A DNA stretch of 58,227 nucleotides, counting the filler, from Nemertoderma westbladi (lineage: Eukaryota; Animalia; Xenacoelomorpha): the NCBI GenBank assembly GCA_032718475.1. It is 3 parts of 3 records of this genome, joined end to end, with 100 filler letters (N's around TTAATTAATTAA, not from the genome) between each part and the next. Parts side by side here need not be neighbours in the genome. Positions count along the whole stretch, not along the records: positions 1 to 26,896 come from JAUCBJ010004325.1; 2 more parts are not named here. One strand, given 5' to 3'. A program made the position numbers and the translations under genes. Below the pieces are notes generated by a model. It saw nothing but the letters and a program-made list of their open reading frames with translations. It ran no database searches and was not told where the DNA came from. How positions within the stretch are numbered: the stretch's first letter is position 1; every line of letters starts with the position of its first letter. Shown one piece after another: positions 1 to 12,610 of this stretch.

Positions 1-859
1 AAAAATATTTTAGAAAATTTGTCAAAACCCTGGAAATTAAAATCTAAAAAAATCAAAATTTTACCTTAATTAGTTATTATTGTGACAAATATCGTTCTAA
101 CTTTCTTCGTTATAACCCAATAAACAGTATAAACTCAGATGCTAAATCAGCTGAAGGTGATGCGTCATATGCTAATTATACACTTAGATATGGCCTGCAT
201 GTCTGCCGGCTATAAGGGAATGTACTGCATTGAAAACCGGCGCCATAACAAATCACTATAGCAAATCATAGAACGGTGACGGGCGGTGCCCGTCTGCCGC
301 GCGGTGCCCGTCTGCCGCGCATGTCATCAACGTCAAAGCCTGTTTGCCGGCGTTAAAGACCTTTCCCTTTTACGGGGTGAAAATATTTTTATTGTTATTT
401 ATTATTATTATTTATTTATTATTGTTACTTTTTCGCTCGAATATATTATAATATACCTCAAAATCGGAAGAAAGGGAGTACTTCATATGGGAAAAAAGTA
501 ATCAATAGGATTGCATTGATTTTACGTTTTTTTCCAGCGAAAAAAAGTAAAATAACATATTTTTGGTGGAATTCCTTTTATTACATATCCCTTTTATTAC
601 TCCATATTAATATTTTATTACATGTGTTGAAAAAGCATCGAAGTAAAGGTTTGCACGTAACTTGAGCAAAATCCATTTACATACTTCAAAGTGATTGCAA
701 CTTTAGTATCTGCAAGACTTACTCTAAAACGGAACTCAATATCCAATAATTACGAATTATATTTATTTATTTATCACGCACGTTAAATAAAAAACCTTAC
801 CGGTAGGTGTGTTAGAACCAAAGGTATGTAAAAAACTAAAAAGCAACAAGACCTAGACG

Positions 860-2140
860 TTGCATGCAATCAGTGATCAGCTGACAGCCACAGCAGCCTG
901 ATGATCGGCAGGTTTCGCGGGACTTTCGTCCAGCAGCTGAAGGCATTCTCAGGAGGCCAAGCCAGGAAATGTAGAGAAAAATTCAGAAAGGGAGACGGAA
1001 GGGGTATTGAAACGAAGATGTCTGTAAGGTAGGAAACTAACCTCTGTCTGGGAAGCAGCACCCCAAACATGCGCCAATCACGTTTCTGCTTGTTGATAAC
1101 GGGCTTGAGTGTTTGAATGCAATACATTTCAAAGAGTAGTCAGCCAACGCGTATTGGGCTCGCGGCGGTGCTTCATGATGTAGTTGTGCACAGTCTTACC
1201 TTGTTCGCTCCCATCCTTGGCTGTCCCATCCTGGTGTTGTCTAACGCGTTTAAACAAGTGATGGATGGTGTGTCCAACAAAATCCCCGTTACAAGAGGGA
1301 CAAGAGAAAAAGTAAATGCAAGGATATCCGGGACGGGATGTTTTAGAGATGGGAGTGACTGGCTCAGTTTAGATATAGTGAAAACGAACCGAACTGGTCG
1401 TGTGCAAGACCTGGGTATAAGACCACGCAACTTTCGAACAAACAGATCAGTTTCCCGACCTCGGTACTCGAACTTAATGGGCTTTGAATCATCAGCAGCT
1501 GCCTGGTCGACCGGGTCAATGGCCTCGGTGGGGACAGCTGTTGGTGCCTCGCCCCCAGAACCACTACTTGCACGCCCCCTAGCGGCTTGAACTGCGGATG
1601 ATAGCTCATGCTCGACCACAGCATCAGTATATTGGTTATTGCTAAGAATATTCTTAGCATGCCCAATAGCGCGGTATAGAGTTGGGAACCATCCCCACCC
1701 TTACGCCCTTACGTGCGTTAAAGATGAGATGGAATATACCACGAACTACACCGCCTTTGTAAGACTCAGGGGCACACGCAGTAGGCATTGAGAACGAACC
1801 CAGTATCTGTATGCTTGCGATACCACGCCATTGAAAGTGCATAGTCAACCCGAGTGACAACCTACATGTCAAGGGTAAACTTGAGATTAGAGGATGGAGG
1901 TCATTGACATCTCTCAGCCTCTCAGTGGGGTCGTTACTGCCAACGCTAAATAGTCATCGACGTACCTATCACTAAGCTTGGTGCCCGCTGCGATCCTCCC
2001 GTCGAACTGTGACAGAAAGATGTTGGCTAGTATGGGGCCCAATGGAGACCCCATAGCGACACCATCTTTCTGACAGACGAAAATTACAATTGTGAACCAG
2101 GAACACAACATCCTTGGTAGCAAACAGCATAAGACCAATC
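860..2140 (-). mobile_element. Decayed Penelope-like retroelement (RT C-terminal half plus GIY-YIG endonuclease tail)
   Basis: Minus-strand fragments QKDGVAMGSPLGPILANIF and RYVDD (PLE-type RT motifs), YRKHTDTG..ACAPESYKGGVVRG (PLE thumb) and EMYCIQTLKPVINKQ (typical end of the PLE GIY-YIG domain). Order is correct but frameshifted. Confidence 0.8.
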
Positions 2141-2161
2141 AATTTTCGAACATTATTTTTC

Positions 2162-2428
2162 AATGCTTCGAGAATAGTGAAAAAAAGTTCTACTTTTTCA
2201 TGTCATAAATATTTATTTTTCCTTTTTTGAATTCAAAATATTTTTCGTAAAAAAAGGGGAAAAAATAATACAAAACAAGAAAATGAAAAAAATATATTTT
2301 TCTTAAAAAAAAAAGCAAAAATTAAAAAAAAAGGAAAATGAAAAAAATATTTTTAAGCAAAAAAAGAAAAATAATTATTTATAACATGGAAACAAAAGTA
2401 GAACTGTTTTCACTAATCTCGAGGCATT
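2162..2428. mobile_element. MITE with ~50-bp terminal inverted repeats and an A-rich core
   Basis: Left AATGCTTCGAGAATAGTGAAAAAAAGTTCTACTTTT matches the reverse complement of the right end (AATGCCTCGAGATTAGTGAAAACAGTTCTACTTTT). Confidence 0.65.
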
Positions 2429-5283
2429 TTATTTACCGAGCATCAGCGAGGATAATAATAAAGGGTTGAGAGAATATTGAAAAAACATGTTTTAATTTTT
2501 TCCTTTGTAATAGGTAATTTTATTCTTAAATTGGTACTTTTTGTTGCCCAATCATAAATAAAATTATAGACCGATGTAGTGTTACATAATAAAGTGAACT
2601 AATAGTATTTTCCTATATTGCTTCCATAGTTACCGCTATTCTAATTACTGTACTTTTCAACTCCCGATGCTGCCTTACTCAATGTTAAATGATTTAATGT
2701 TCTCGAATATTTATTACGTAACTAGAGAGCCGCTTAAATACATCAACCAATATTGCATATTGAGTTCCGTTTTGGAGTTCGCCTTGCAGACACTAAAGTT
2801 GCAATAACTTTTGAGTGTGTGAACGGATGTTGCCCAAGATTATGTGCAAACCTTTTCTATTCCGATGGTCTTTCAACACGGATGATAAAATTTAAGAAAT
2901 TCCACCAAAATTTATTTCATTTTAACTTTTGTCGCCGGGAATAAAGTCGAATCAATGCAGTCCTATGGGATACTTTTTTTCCCTAGAGGGGAAAAAGTGC
3001 AACTTTTTCTCCCGATCTTGGGGTATATTCAAGCGAAAAAGTAACAATTTAAGAATAAAAATGTTTTGTATAGAAATTTTCTCAAAATATTACTCATTAC
3101 TCAAACTTATTAAGATTGTCTGTACTCCCAATTCGGGTCAAAATATCATCTTTTTGTTTTTTTATTTCGTCCAAGGCAGAATTTAATGAGGATTTCAAAT
3201 CTGAAAAATGCTTAGCGAGATATATTTTAGTTCTCGAGTTATCGCTGTTTCTTTGTCTGCCATCATCCCAAACGAAATGTAAGACGACAGAAAGACTGAC
3301 AGTCACATGGACAGTCTAGATTTTACCAATCATTAACACTGACGTCATAAATGAAATCACCGTCTACAAAACCCCCACATGAAAATATTAGCTATATTCT
3401 ATGCTTTATTATATTTGGACGGAAAAACAGAAGAATAGTTGAATTGATAGACAGTCAGATAAACTGAAGGTCACACAGAATTCCAGGAATCCATCAAATA
3501 TGGAAACTGACATCATTACCTCACGTCCTGGAAAACACCTTAAAATTTTTAGCACTAGCACCTGGTGTTCTTTATTATATTTTGATCTATAGACAGACAA
3601 TAGACAGTGACAGACAGCCGACAGCCGACAGTTTGGGTACCACGAAACATCAACACTGAAGTCAGAAATGAAATCACCGATCAAGAAAACCCCAGTCACT
3701 TACAATGTTACAATATTGCTAACAGAGAAACCAGCTGTTGGTAATGGTGATCCTGTTCTGTCTCAGTGAAATGACAAGCTATAACTATCTCTACGTATAG
3801 CAATACATATTGCTGTACACTTAGATTTAGGTGTTACAGGATATCGTACCGTCAGAAATAATGTAGGGAATTAATTATTTTTATATTTATAAAAATGTTA
3901 TTCTGAAAAAAAAACGATGTTAAAGTTCCAGGCAAAAAAAACGTTCCAACTTTTTGAGATGTTAGTTCAGTTTTCTTCGTTCCCTATCTTTGTCTGAAAT
4001 AAATCATATGCAATGATTTTTGGATTTTTTGTTTTATCAATGCATTCCTAATGGTAAACTTAACATAACCTCGAACACCTATTAGCAATAATTTAACTTG
4101 AGAACCTTTCATATAAAACATTGCACTTTCTAAATGGAAACAGGCCCGTTTGCAGATTAATACCATTACTACAAGATCCTTCTGTCTTCCCCATATAAAT
4201 GCTTTTATAAAAAAAATGCTACTTTCCCATTTATCGGGACTTTGGGACGCAAAGGTAATGCGACTTCCTGCACAGAGCCGAAGGCTGACAACAAATCTAA
4301 CTAGCTCTCATTTTTGAACCAATAAATCGAGGTTGAAAATAGATGAATGCAAACAATAGATATAAAATCTCTCATTTCGTAAGTGAATTTACAATGTTAA
4401 ATAACCCATCAGGGGTTAGGGTTGGGGCAAGTTACAGTGGCATGTTATTCTAACCAAAACAATAAACGATAGTCAATTGCTGAGATTAGTGTTTCCTTTT
4501 TAATCGCAATCAGCTCTGCTGTTATTTGCGTCGACGTATTGTTAACCAGAATGCAATTAATTTAATTTATGTCCAAAAAATAAAGTCGATATACCCAGGA
4601 GTAAGGGGTTGGGTATACCCCCCACCCCCTTAATCCTTAAATTGGTGAAGATGATTTTAATACGCCCCCTATTGAGTAAAACCTCACGAGTTTTGTGAAA
4701 GTAAATTGTACTTGGAGGGAAAATTATCTGAAACCAATTCTGACTTGGTAAAAACTTTAATGAGTTACTATAAAACGATTCTGACTAAGTGCCGACTCAA
4801 GCGTTTTGACTACACTTTTGGTTATCAGCTATTAGGTAGGCACAATTCACTTTATCTGTTAACTTAACCGACCCATTATTGGCCTGTTATTAAACTTTAC
4901 AAAAAGTTTAATTGATCACTAAATAAGGTAACCGACGAACACGTACTTAGGTGTGGGAAAAATGTCTCAATTAAACCGTACAGTATACTCCCGGGTTACT
5001 TCGCTTCTCCCGGGTTAAAGGTGATTTTTTACCACTTTCAGGAGATTCATACAACGCCCTGAAGTACAAAATCACGTAATATATCATTAATTTATACTTT
5101 GAAACAAATCGCAGCTTTAATAGTTAATGTTATTCGATAAAACTAGTCTTTCAATGAAAGACTCTGTACTCTCCCTTAGTCGCTGTTAATGAATATTTTG
5201 CATTTTGCAAGAGTGAGTAAGCAGGTCTAAAGTACGAGCGAAGGGAGTGGTAAAATCACAACGAGTACAAACAATGTTTAAAG

Positions 5284-6730
5284 GTATACACTAACAGTGT
5301 TTAACTGTATACACTAACAGTGTTTAACTGTATATACTAACATTGTTTAACTGTATACACTAACAGTGTTTAACTGTATATACTAACATTGTTTAACTGT
5401 ATACACTAACAGTGTTTAACTGTATACACTAACAGTGTTTAACTGTATACACTAACAGTGTTTAACTGTATACACTAACAGTGTTTAACTGTATATACTA
5501 ACATTGTTTAACTGTATACACTAACAGTGTTTAACTGTATACACTAACAGTGTTTAACTGTATACACTAACAGTGTTTAACTGTATACACTAACAGTGTT
5601 TAACTGTATATACTAACATTGTTTAACTGTATACACTAACAGTGTTTAACTGTATACACTAACAGTGTTTAACTGTATACACTAACAGTGTTTAACTGTA
5701 TACACTAACAGTGTTTAACTGTATACACTAACAGTGTTTAACTGTATACACTAACAGTGTTTAACTGTATACACTAACAGTGTTTAACTGTATACACTAA
5801 CAGTGTTTAACTGTATACACTAACAGTGTTTAACTGTATATACTAACAGTGTTTAACTGTATACACTAACAGTGTTTAACTGTATACACTAACAGTGTTT
5901 AACTGTATACACTAACAGTGTTTAACTGAATACACTAACAGTGTTTAACTGTATACACTAACAGTGTTTAACTGTATACACTAACAGTGTTTAACTGTAT
6001 ACACTAACAGTGTTTAACTGTATACACTAACAGTGTTTAACTGTATACACTAACAGTGTTTAACTGTATACACTAACAGTGTTTAACTGTATACACTAAC
6101 AGTGTTTAACTGTATATACTAACAGTGTTTAACTGTATACACTAACAGTGTTTAACTGTATACACTAACAGTGTTTAACTGTATACACTAACAGTGTTTA
6201 ACTGTATACACTAACAGTGTTTAACTGTATACACTAACAGTGTTTAACTGTATACACTAACAGTGTTTAACTGTATACACTAACAGTGTTTAACTGTATA
6301 CACTAACAGTGTTTAACTGTATATACTAACAGTGTTTAACTGTATACACTAACAGTGTTTAACTGTATACACTAACAGTGTTTAACTGTATACACTAACA
6401 GTGTTTAACTGTATACACTAACAGTGTTTAACTGTATACACTAACAGTGTTTAACTGTATACACTAACAGTGTTTAACTGTATATACTAACAGTGTTTAA
6501 CTGTATACACTAACAGTGTTTAACTGTATACACTAACAGTGTTTGACTGTATACACTAACAGTGTTTAACTGTATACACTAACAGTGTTTAACTGTATAC
6601 ACTAACAGTGTTTAACTGTATATACTAACAGTGTTTAACTGTATACACTAACAGTGTTTAACTGTATACACTAACAGTGTTTAACTGTATATACTAACAG
6701 TGTTTAACTGTATATACTAACAGTGTTTAA
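5284..6730. repeat. 23-bp minisatellite (TATACACTAACAGTGTTTAACTG)n, about 63 copies
   Basis: Direct tandem units with minor variants (TATATACT, CATTG); no spacers. Confidence 0.97.
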
Positions 6731-7124
6731 ACGGGATCCCGATCCCGAAAAACCAGGATCCCGCCAAAAATAACAATCCCGGTCGCGATCCCGTCTTTTT
6801 TTGAAACGGGATGTCGAAGTATAAATAGTGAAGTAAATTTCTTGAATAACTGATAAATAGTTCCAGCAGAACGGAAATGTTTTGATTATATCGAATTTTA
6901 TGTCAGTAAACCACCCAGTAATCAATTGCAAAATAATTTTAATATAACTTTATCTTACTAATATTTCAGAAGTGTAAGATAAAGTGAGTGTTGCGCAAAA
7001 CCCGCCACATATACTAATAACTTTAAGGAAATACAAAAATTCAACCCCGATTCCAAAAAACGGGATCCCGAGAGTGATAATCCCGATCCCGGAACTCCCG
7101 AAAAGGGATCCCTATAAAACACTA
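6721..7124. mobile_element. MITE with CAGTG/TAGTG termini (hAT-like) and GGGATCCC subterminal repeats
   Basis: Left CAGTGTTTAAACGGGATCCC versus right-end reverse complement TAGTGTTTTATAGGGATCCC; multiple internal GGGATCCCG motifs; no target-site duplication (TSD) recognised. Confidence 0.55.
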
Positions 7125-8004
7125 CAATACACCAGGTTGAAATATCTGAATTGCGGTCAACTCAAACTTTTTATGACAAGCTTTTTTTCTGATACGTTTT
7201 AAAATAAAGTCTGTAATCCGACGTATATTTTAAAATCAATTATTCCTTCTAAAATGATACACCAGGTGGGAATAGATACTGAAAGAACTCAATACCTATG
7301 TTTTACTAAGTCACACATATAAATTAAATCAATACACACCATGTGGAATTGAGCTTGCCAAGACCTGTGATCTTTCACCATTAAGGGATTATTCAACACC
7401 AAAATACATATTCACACTCCGTTAATACGAAAACAATCTATTTTATAAAATAGAATCCAAGTACTGAAACATTCCAATTAAACCACAGAGCCAATTTCTA
7501 AGGCCTTTATTCGTATTCCTCCCAGTCAATAAGTCAAAACACTATATTCACTACAACAAAGGGTAGGTACTGCAACTGAAACCGGATTCTTTATTCCACT
7601 TAGTGAATGCAAAACGTAGTAATTTAAGTAAAAATATTTACGTGTCTGACAAACTGTTTCAGCAATACAGATTTACTAACTGAGTGAAACAATCCTAAAA
7701 CAACTGAAAACTTTATATACCAACAAATTAAGTTCCGTGAGTTTTGCATGTGTCTACGTGGTATACAGCACTGGACGGAACACATTTATATACATATAAA
7801 GCATAACCCGGTAGTGATGATATACACTCGAATGGTGGTATATATATCGCAGCAACATAGTTATGATAAATATATATATATATAATATATACCAATGGTA
7901 AAATTGAAAATAAATAAATATAAACAGTCTATATCAATATACCCAGAAAACCTTACACCGAATATATACGCGAATATAAAACATATATATACCGGTCCAA
8001 CATA

Positions 8005-8583
<579 letters not shown>

Positions 8584-8687
8584 TTACCAGTAGCGAAATA
8601 ACAAAAGTACTTTCCGCAGTTTAACAATGTAGGCCTAACTTAGACCAAACTAACTAGTCGTACTGACCAATACACGAAACAACTTAA

Positions 8688-9050
8688 AGGGCACCCGTAG
8701 GGCAAAAATCATAATTTTTTCTAAATTGTTTTCTTAAAAAAAATTTATTCTGATGCAGAATTTTATGCTGAATTCAAAACTGAAATCTATTTATTTCTGT
8801 TACAGTTTTTTCATTTTAAAGATGTGGCACTTTGAATACACCCAAATCACCTAACGCATGCTGGCATGTGATTTATTCCTATAATTAGGGTTTTAAAAAA
8901 AATGTTTCTAATTATCAATGATGTCTTAATTGTTTTTTTTTTCTCAACAAAGAAGTATTCTGATAAAAATTATATTTAGAGTTACAGTACAGCAGTACCT
9001 ATAAATAGAAAATAGTAGCATGGCTAGTACGGTACTGCGTACTGGTACCT
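8688..9050. mobile_element. Putative Kolobok/T2-type MITE
   Basis: TTAA|AGGGCACCCGTA ... TACTGGTACCT|TTAA: TTAA flanks with AGG termini and a short imperfect inverted repeat. Confidence 0.4.
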
Positions 9051-10909
9051 TTAAGTAAATTCCACGTGTAGGGCTGTAGCCTGTAGGGGCCTACTCGGAC
9101 TCTGAGCTGCAACAAACTACTCCAGACTGCCAGAGGCGTGTCAAATGCGCTGATGAAAAAATATTTCAATCGGCGCCTCCAGAGCACAACCGCAGCGAAG
9201 GGGAATAAGAACAACGTACAGCTATAATCCGCTCATTCAGGGTGATGGCAGCAGCTGATGTGGAGGATGGCGAGGAAGACAAAGAGGAGCGAGTACAGTA
9301 TAAAGGTCCAAGTTCGGGTCGGGGAGAAGTTCTGTTTTGTTCAACTGAGTTGAAATTTCAACTTTTTCTTTGAATTCAACATTTTATATAATCAACTTTT
9401 GGAGTACAGGTGTACGTTGGGAGTTTGGACTGTTGGAAATTACGTAGGGAGGTAGAATCCGATTCAAGGGAATCAATTCTGTCACTTTCCATTATAATAA
9501 TTTTGACGTAGCAGTAATTTAGATTAGAGCCTCATGCTTCCTTAGGGTTAGGGTTCAATTACTGCTTTACTTGCAACCTGTGCAGCGCAGATAGGGGGGG
9601 ACAAGGGGACTGGACGCAATAAGAAATTAGACGCAAATAACAGATGATTTCTCACAAAAATGAAACTGTAACCTGTTCTATTGAGTTTAGTTTATCGTTT
9701 TGGTTAAAATAACGTGCCACTGTAACCTGCTCCTTTCCCTAAATTGAGCATTTAACATTGAGGGGGGATATTAATTCGCCAAGGCGGGTTTTGCGTCCAG
9801 TATTTTTATCCGCGTCCAATATTTTTATTATACATAACAGCATTATCTCTATCTGACAGTCTGACTGTCTGAGCTGCTGAGTATAATAAAATATAAATAC
9901 AGGTACGAGTATTAAAAAATACAAAACGTGCAAACAGGCAAATTAGGCCTAATTTCACCATTTTTTTGACAGTTTGAGGGAAAGGAGCAGGTTACAAAGG
10001 CAGGCTTTTCTAACCAAAACAAACGGCCACTTTCAGACTTTACCAATCACCAATTGTGGGAAAGGAGCAGCAGCAGGTTTGCCGTGTTCAAATCCAACTA
10101 GCCGACATATTTTTTTGTAATGACATTTTTAACACTCAAACGGAACAAAATTGCAATTATAACATTAAATTCCGGTACGGAGAAATTTTTAACATTTACG
10201 GAAAAATTAAAATTGAATACCGGTATTTAACTGTTTAATGGGCCTATTCATGATATTACAACTTTGGCACTTTCTGAATTTAGCAGTTCAGCAGTTTAGT
10301 GTCAAATCTCTCAATATTCGGTATATATAATTTTATTCAAATTCGGTTCAGTTCCGGTGCGGCAAAATTTTAAATTCGGTCGTTCCATACAGTACCTAGG
10401 CCTAATGTGAACAGGCTGACAGGTGAACAGGCTTAACTAACAATTAACTTCCAACATAATTTTAGAGCCCCAACAAACGGGCCAAAACGCAAAATGCTGA
10501 AATGAAATAAGCCTACTGACTGTGGACTGATTGAAATATGTCGTACTGTCGTAGGCCTAATTTTTTTCTGAGCCATTTACTGATTTTTAGAAACACATAT
10601 CTGCATATCTGAATGTGGTGACTGTACATGTAAAATACAAAATAGTCCTACCAGCCTACAGCTGTACCGGTATGAATGATTACAGTGCCGTACAGTCTGA
10701 CAGTTGACAGTATACTGCTGTACTGTAATTCAGTAATTGCAGAATTGGTGTAGGCTACTCACTGCAGTACTGCAGTACTGATGGTTCCGCGTCATTGCAT
10801 TACAGTAGGTAGGTAGGGGGTTGTAGGTAGGTCCTTTGTCATTGGTCGTTTGGAATTATTATTTTTAATGAACAAACACTACTTCTATGAAATTGCTGCT
10901 GTAGGCAGG

Positions 10910-11730
10910 ACATAAGATTAGATATTGAGGTTGAGCAGAATGCGATTTTAGCTTATGTGCTTCACCTCAATAAACTCCCTTGCATTCCTGCACTTACCTC
11001 AATTTCATATCTATCTGTCTAACTGAATGCTTTATGTAATAAGCGTAATATAATAAACGTAATGTCTGTCTGTCTGCGTCTGCCTATATTGAGTATGCAC
11101 TTTCGAATAGTCAATGTTATGAATCGTGTTAGTCGTGTTACTTTACCATAGCAAAGCAACCGGTTGTTATGATGGGTGACATTGTAAGAAGAATGCATCT
11201 ACCCGCACTATTTCGACGGCTTTCCTGGGTAATTAATAAATTATTTTTCATTGTTTAATGCCTGTGTAATGTGCTACCGAGTACTTTAATTAATTAAATT
11301 CAAAATTTTAATTTTTTTATACAGTTCTAAATTTATATATATACTGACGTATTCAATTCATATGAACTGCTGAACTACGGAATTAGAATTTCCACTTGAA
11401 CACTCATCCTTCAACTTGTCCGATTATGCAACAAAACTTCAAGATATTCTTTTTGCACTTAACGGGGTCCCTTCCCGCGCAAAGAACGCAAAGTCAGTGC
11501 AAACTGCAAAGTAACTGTAATTTGCTAATGACTCTATCAGTCTGTACTGCCAATGAGAGTGCAGTATTTAGAATGCTGGTATTGAATTGCTGTGATTGGC
11601 TGGTTTGTATATCAACAATCTAAACTGATAGACAATAAATTGAGGGAGTGCATAAGAATGCAAGATAGTTTATTGAGGTGAAGCAAATGAGCCCAAATCG
11701 CATTCTACCTCAATATTTAATATTTTGTGT
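10910..11730. mobile_element. MITE with ~75-bp TIRs and 7-8-bp TSD (P-element-like)
   Basis: Left ACATAAGATTAGATATTGAGG..GAATGCGATTT..GCTTCACCTCAATAAACT..TTGCATTC mirrors the right end; (T)AGGCAGG is present on both flanks. Confidence 0.65.
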
Positions 11731-12324
11731 AGGCAGGTAGGCGAAGGCGCTCCTGGGAAACTGGCCCACACTTTTATGGAATATCTCGAGAACTAATCAC
11801 TCAATTCTAACGCTCTTTGGCACCTGTACAAAACAAAGATATGAAGTCGCGTTAGGTTCCAAAGAGCGTTAGGTCGCCCCTTGTCATTTAAAGGATCAGA
11901 TTAGTAAAAAGGAGCAGGTTGCAGAGGCGTGTTGGGGAAACCAAAACAATAAAAGGAAGCGTTTTTTAAGCCCACCTTAATTAATGTGGTGTCGTAAAGA
12001 AAAAGGAGCAGGCTATAATGTAGGAGCATGATATCCAAACCAAAACAATTAAACGAGAGTCAATATCAAAGGTTAGGCCTAAAGTTTAGTTTTGGAATTA
12101 ATCAGATGTAAATAGAAATGAAACACTGTACTGTATTTTGCCCGACTTAACGATGCAGGAACTATTTTGTCACAAGATCTACTTGGACCCAACGACCACT
12201 CTCTTAGGAATTAAAAGAAGTAGGACCTAGTGACCAAGTGACGCGTTACCCGTTACCACGCTACTGATACAGGCCTTGACTTGTGTATGACTGGCTCGGC
12301 TCCTGGCTGACTATTATTGGCTGC

Positions 12325-12610
12325 CTAGTACTGCCCCCCGGTGGACCCCCTCTAATATTTCCGCCCCACAGGCAGCCCCCTCTCCTGGTACAGCCCCCCA
12401 GACCGCCCCATATCCTAGTATTTCCCCCCGGTCGGCGCCCTCTAATATTCCTGCCCCATAGGCAGCCCCCTCTCCTGGTACCGCCCCCCAGACCACCCCA
12501 TATCCTAGTATTTCCCCCCGGTCGGCGCCCTCTAATATTCCTGCCCCTCAGGCAGCCCCCTCTCCTAACACTGTCCCCCGGTCGGCTCCCCTCTAATATT
12601 CCCGCCCCGC
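12325..12610. repeat. C-rich minisatellite, 90-bp period built from ~30-bp subunits, about 3 copies
   Basis: CTAGTA recurs at 12325, 12415 and 12505 with near-identical intervening sequence. Confidence 0.9.

Noticed and set aside
2750-3345. Possible LINE ORF1-like coiled-coil remnant on the minus strand
   Set aside because: Short, broken, and without a diagnostic motif; cannot be supported.
5284-6730. CRISPR-like array
   Set aside because: Units are head-to-tail with no unique spacers, there are no cas genes, and the context is eukaryotic.
9541-9555. Telomeric TTAGGG repeats (also at about 4411)
   Set aside because: Only about 2 units; such short runs are common inside invertebrate TE ends.
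9660-12050. Recurrent GGAGCAGGTT..AACCAAAAC motifs in both orientations
   Set aside because: Probably subterminal repeats of an old DNA transposon, but no ends or TSD could be defined.
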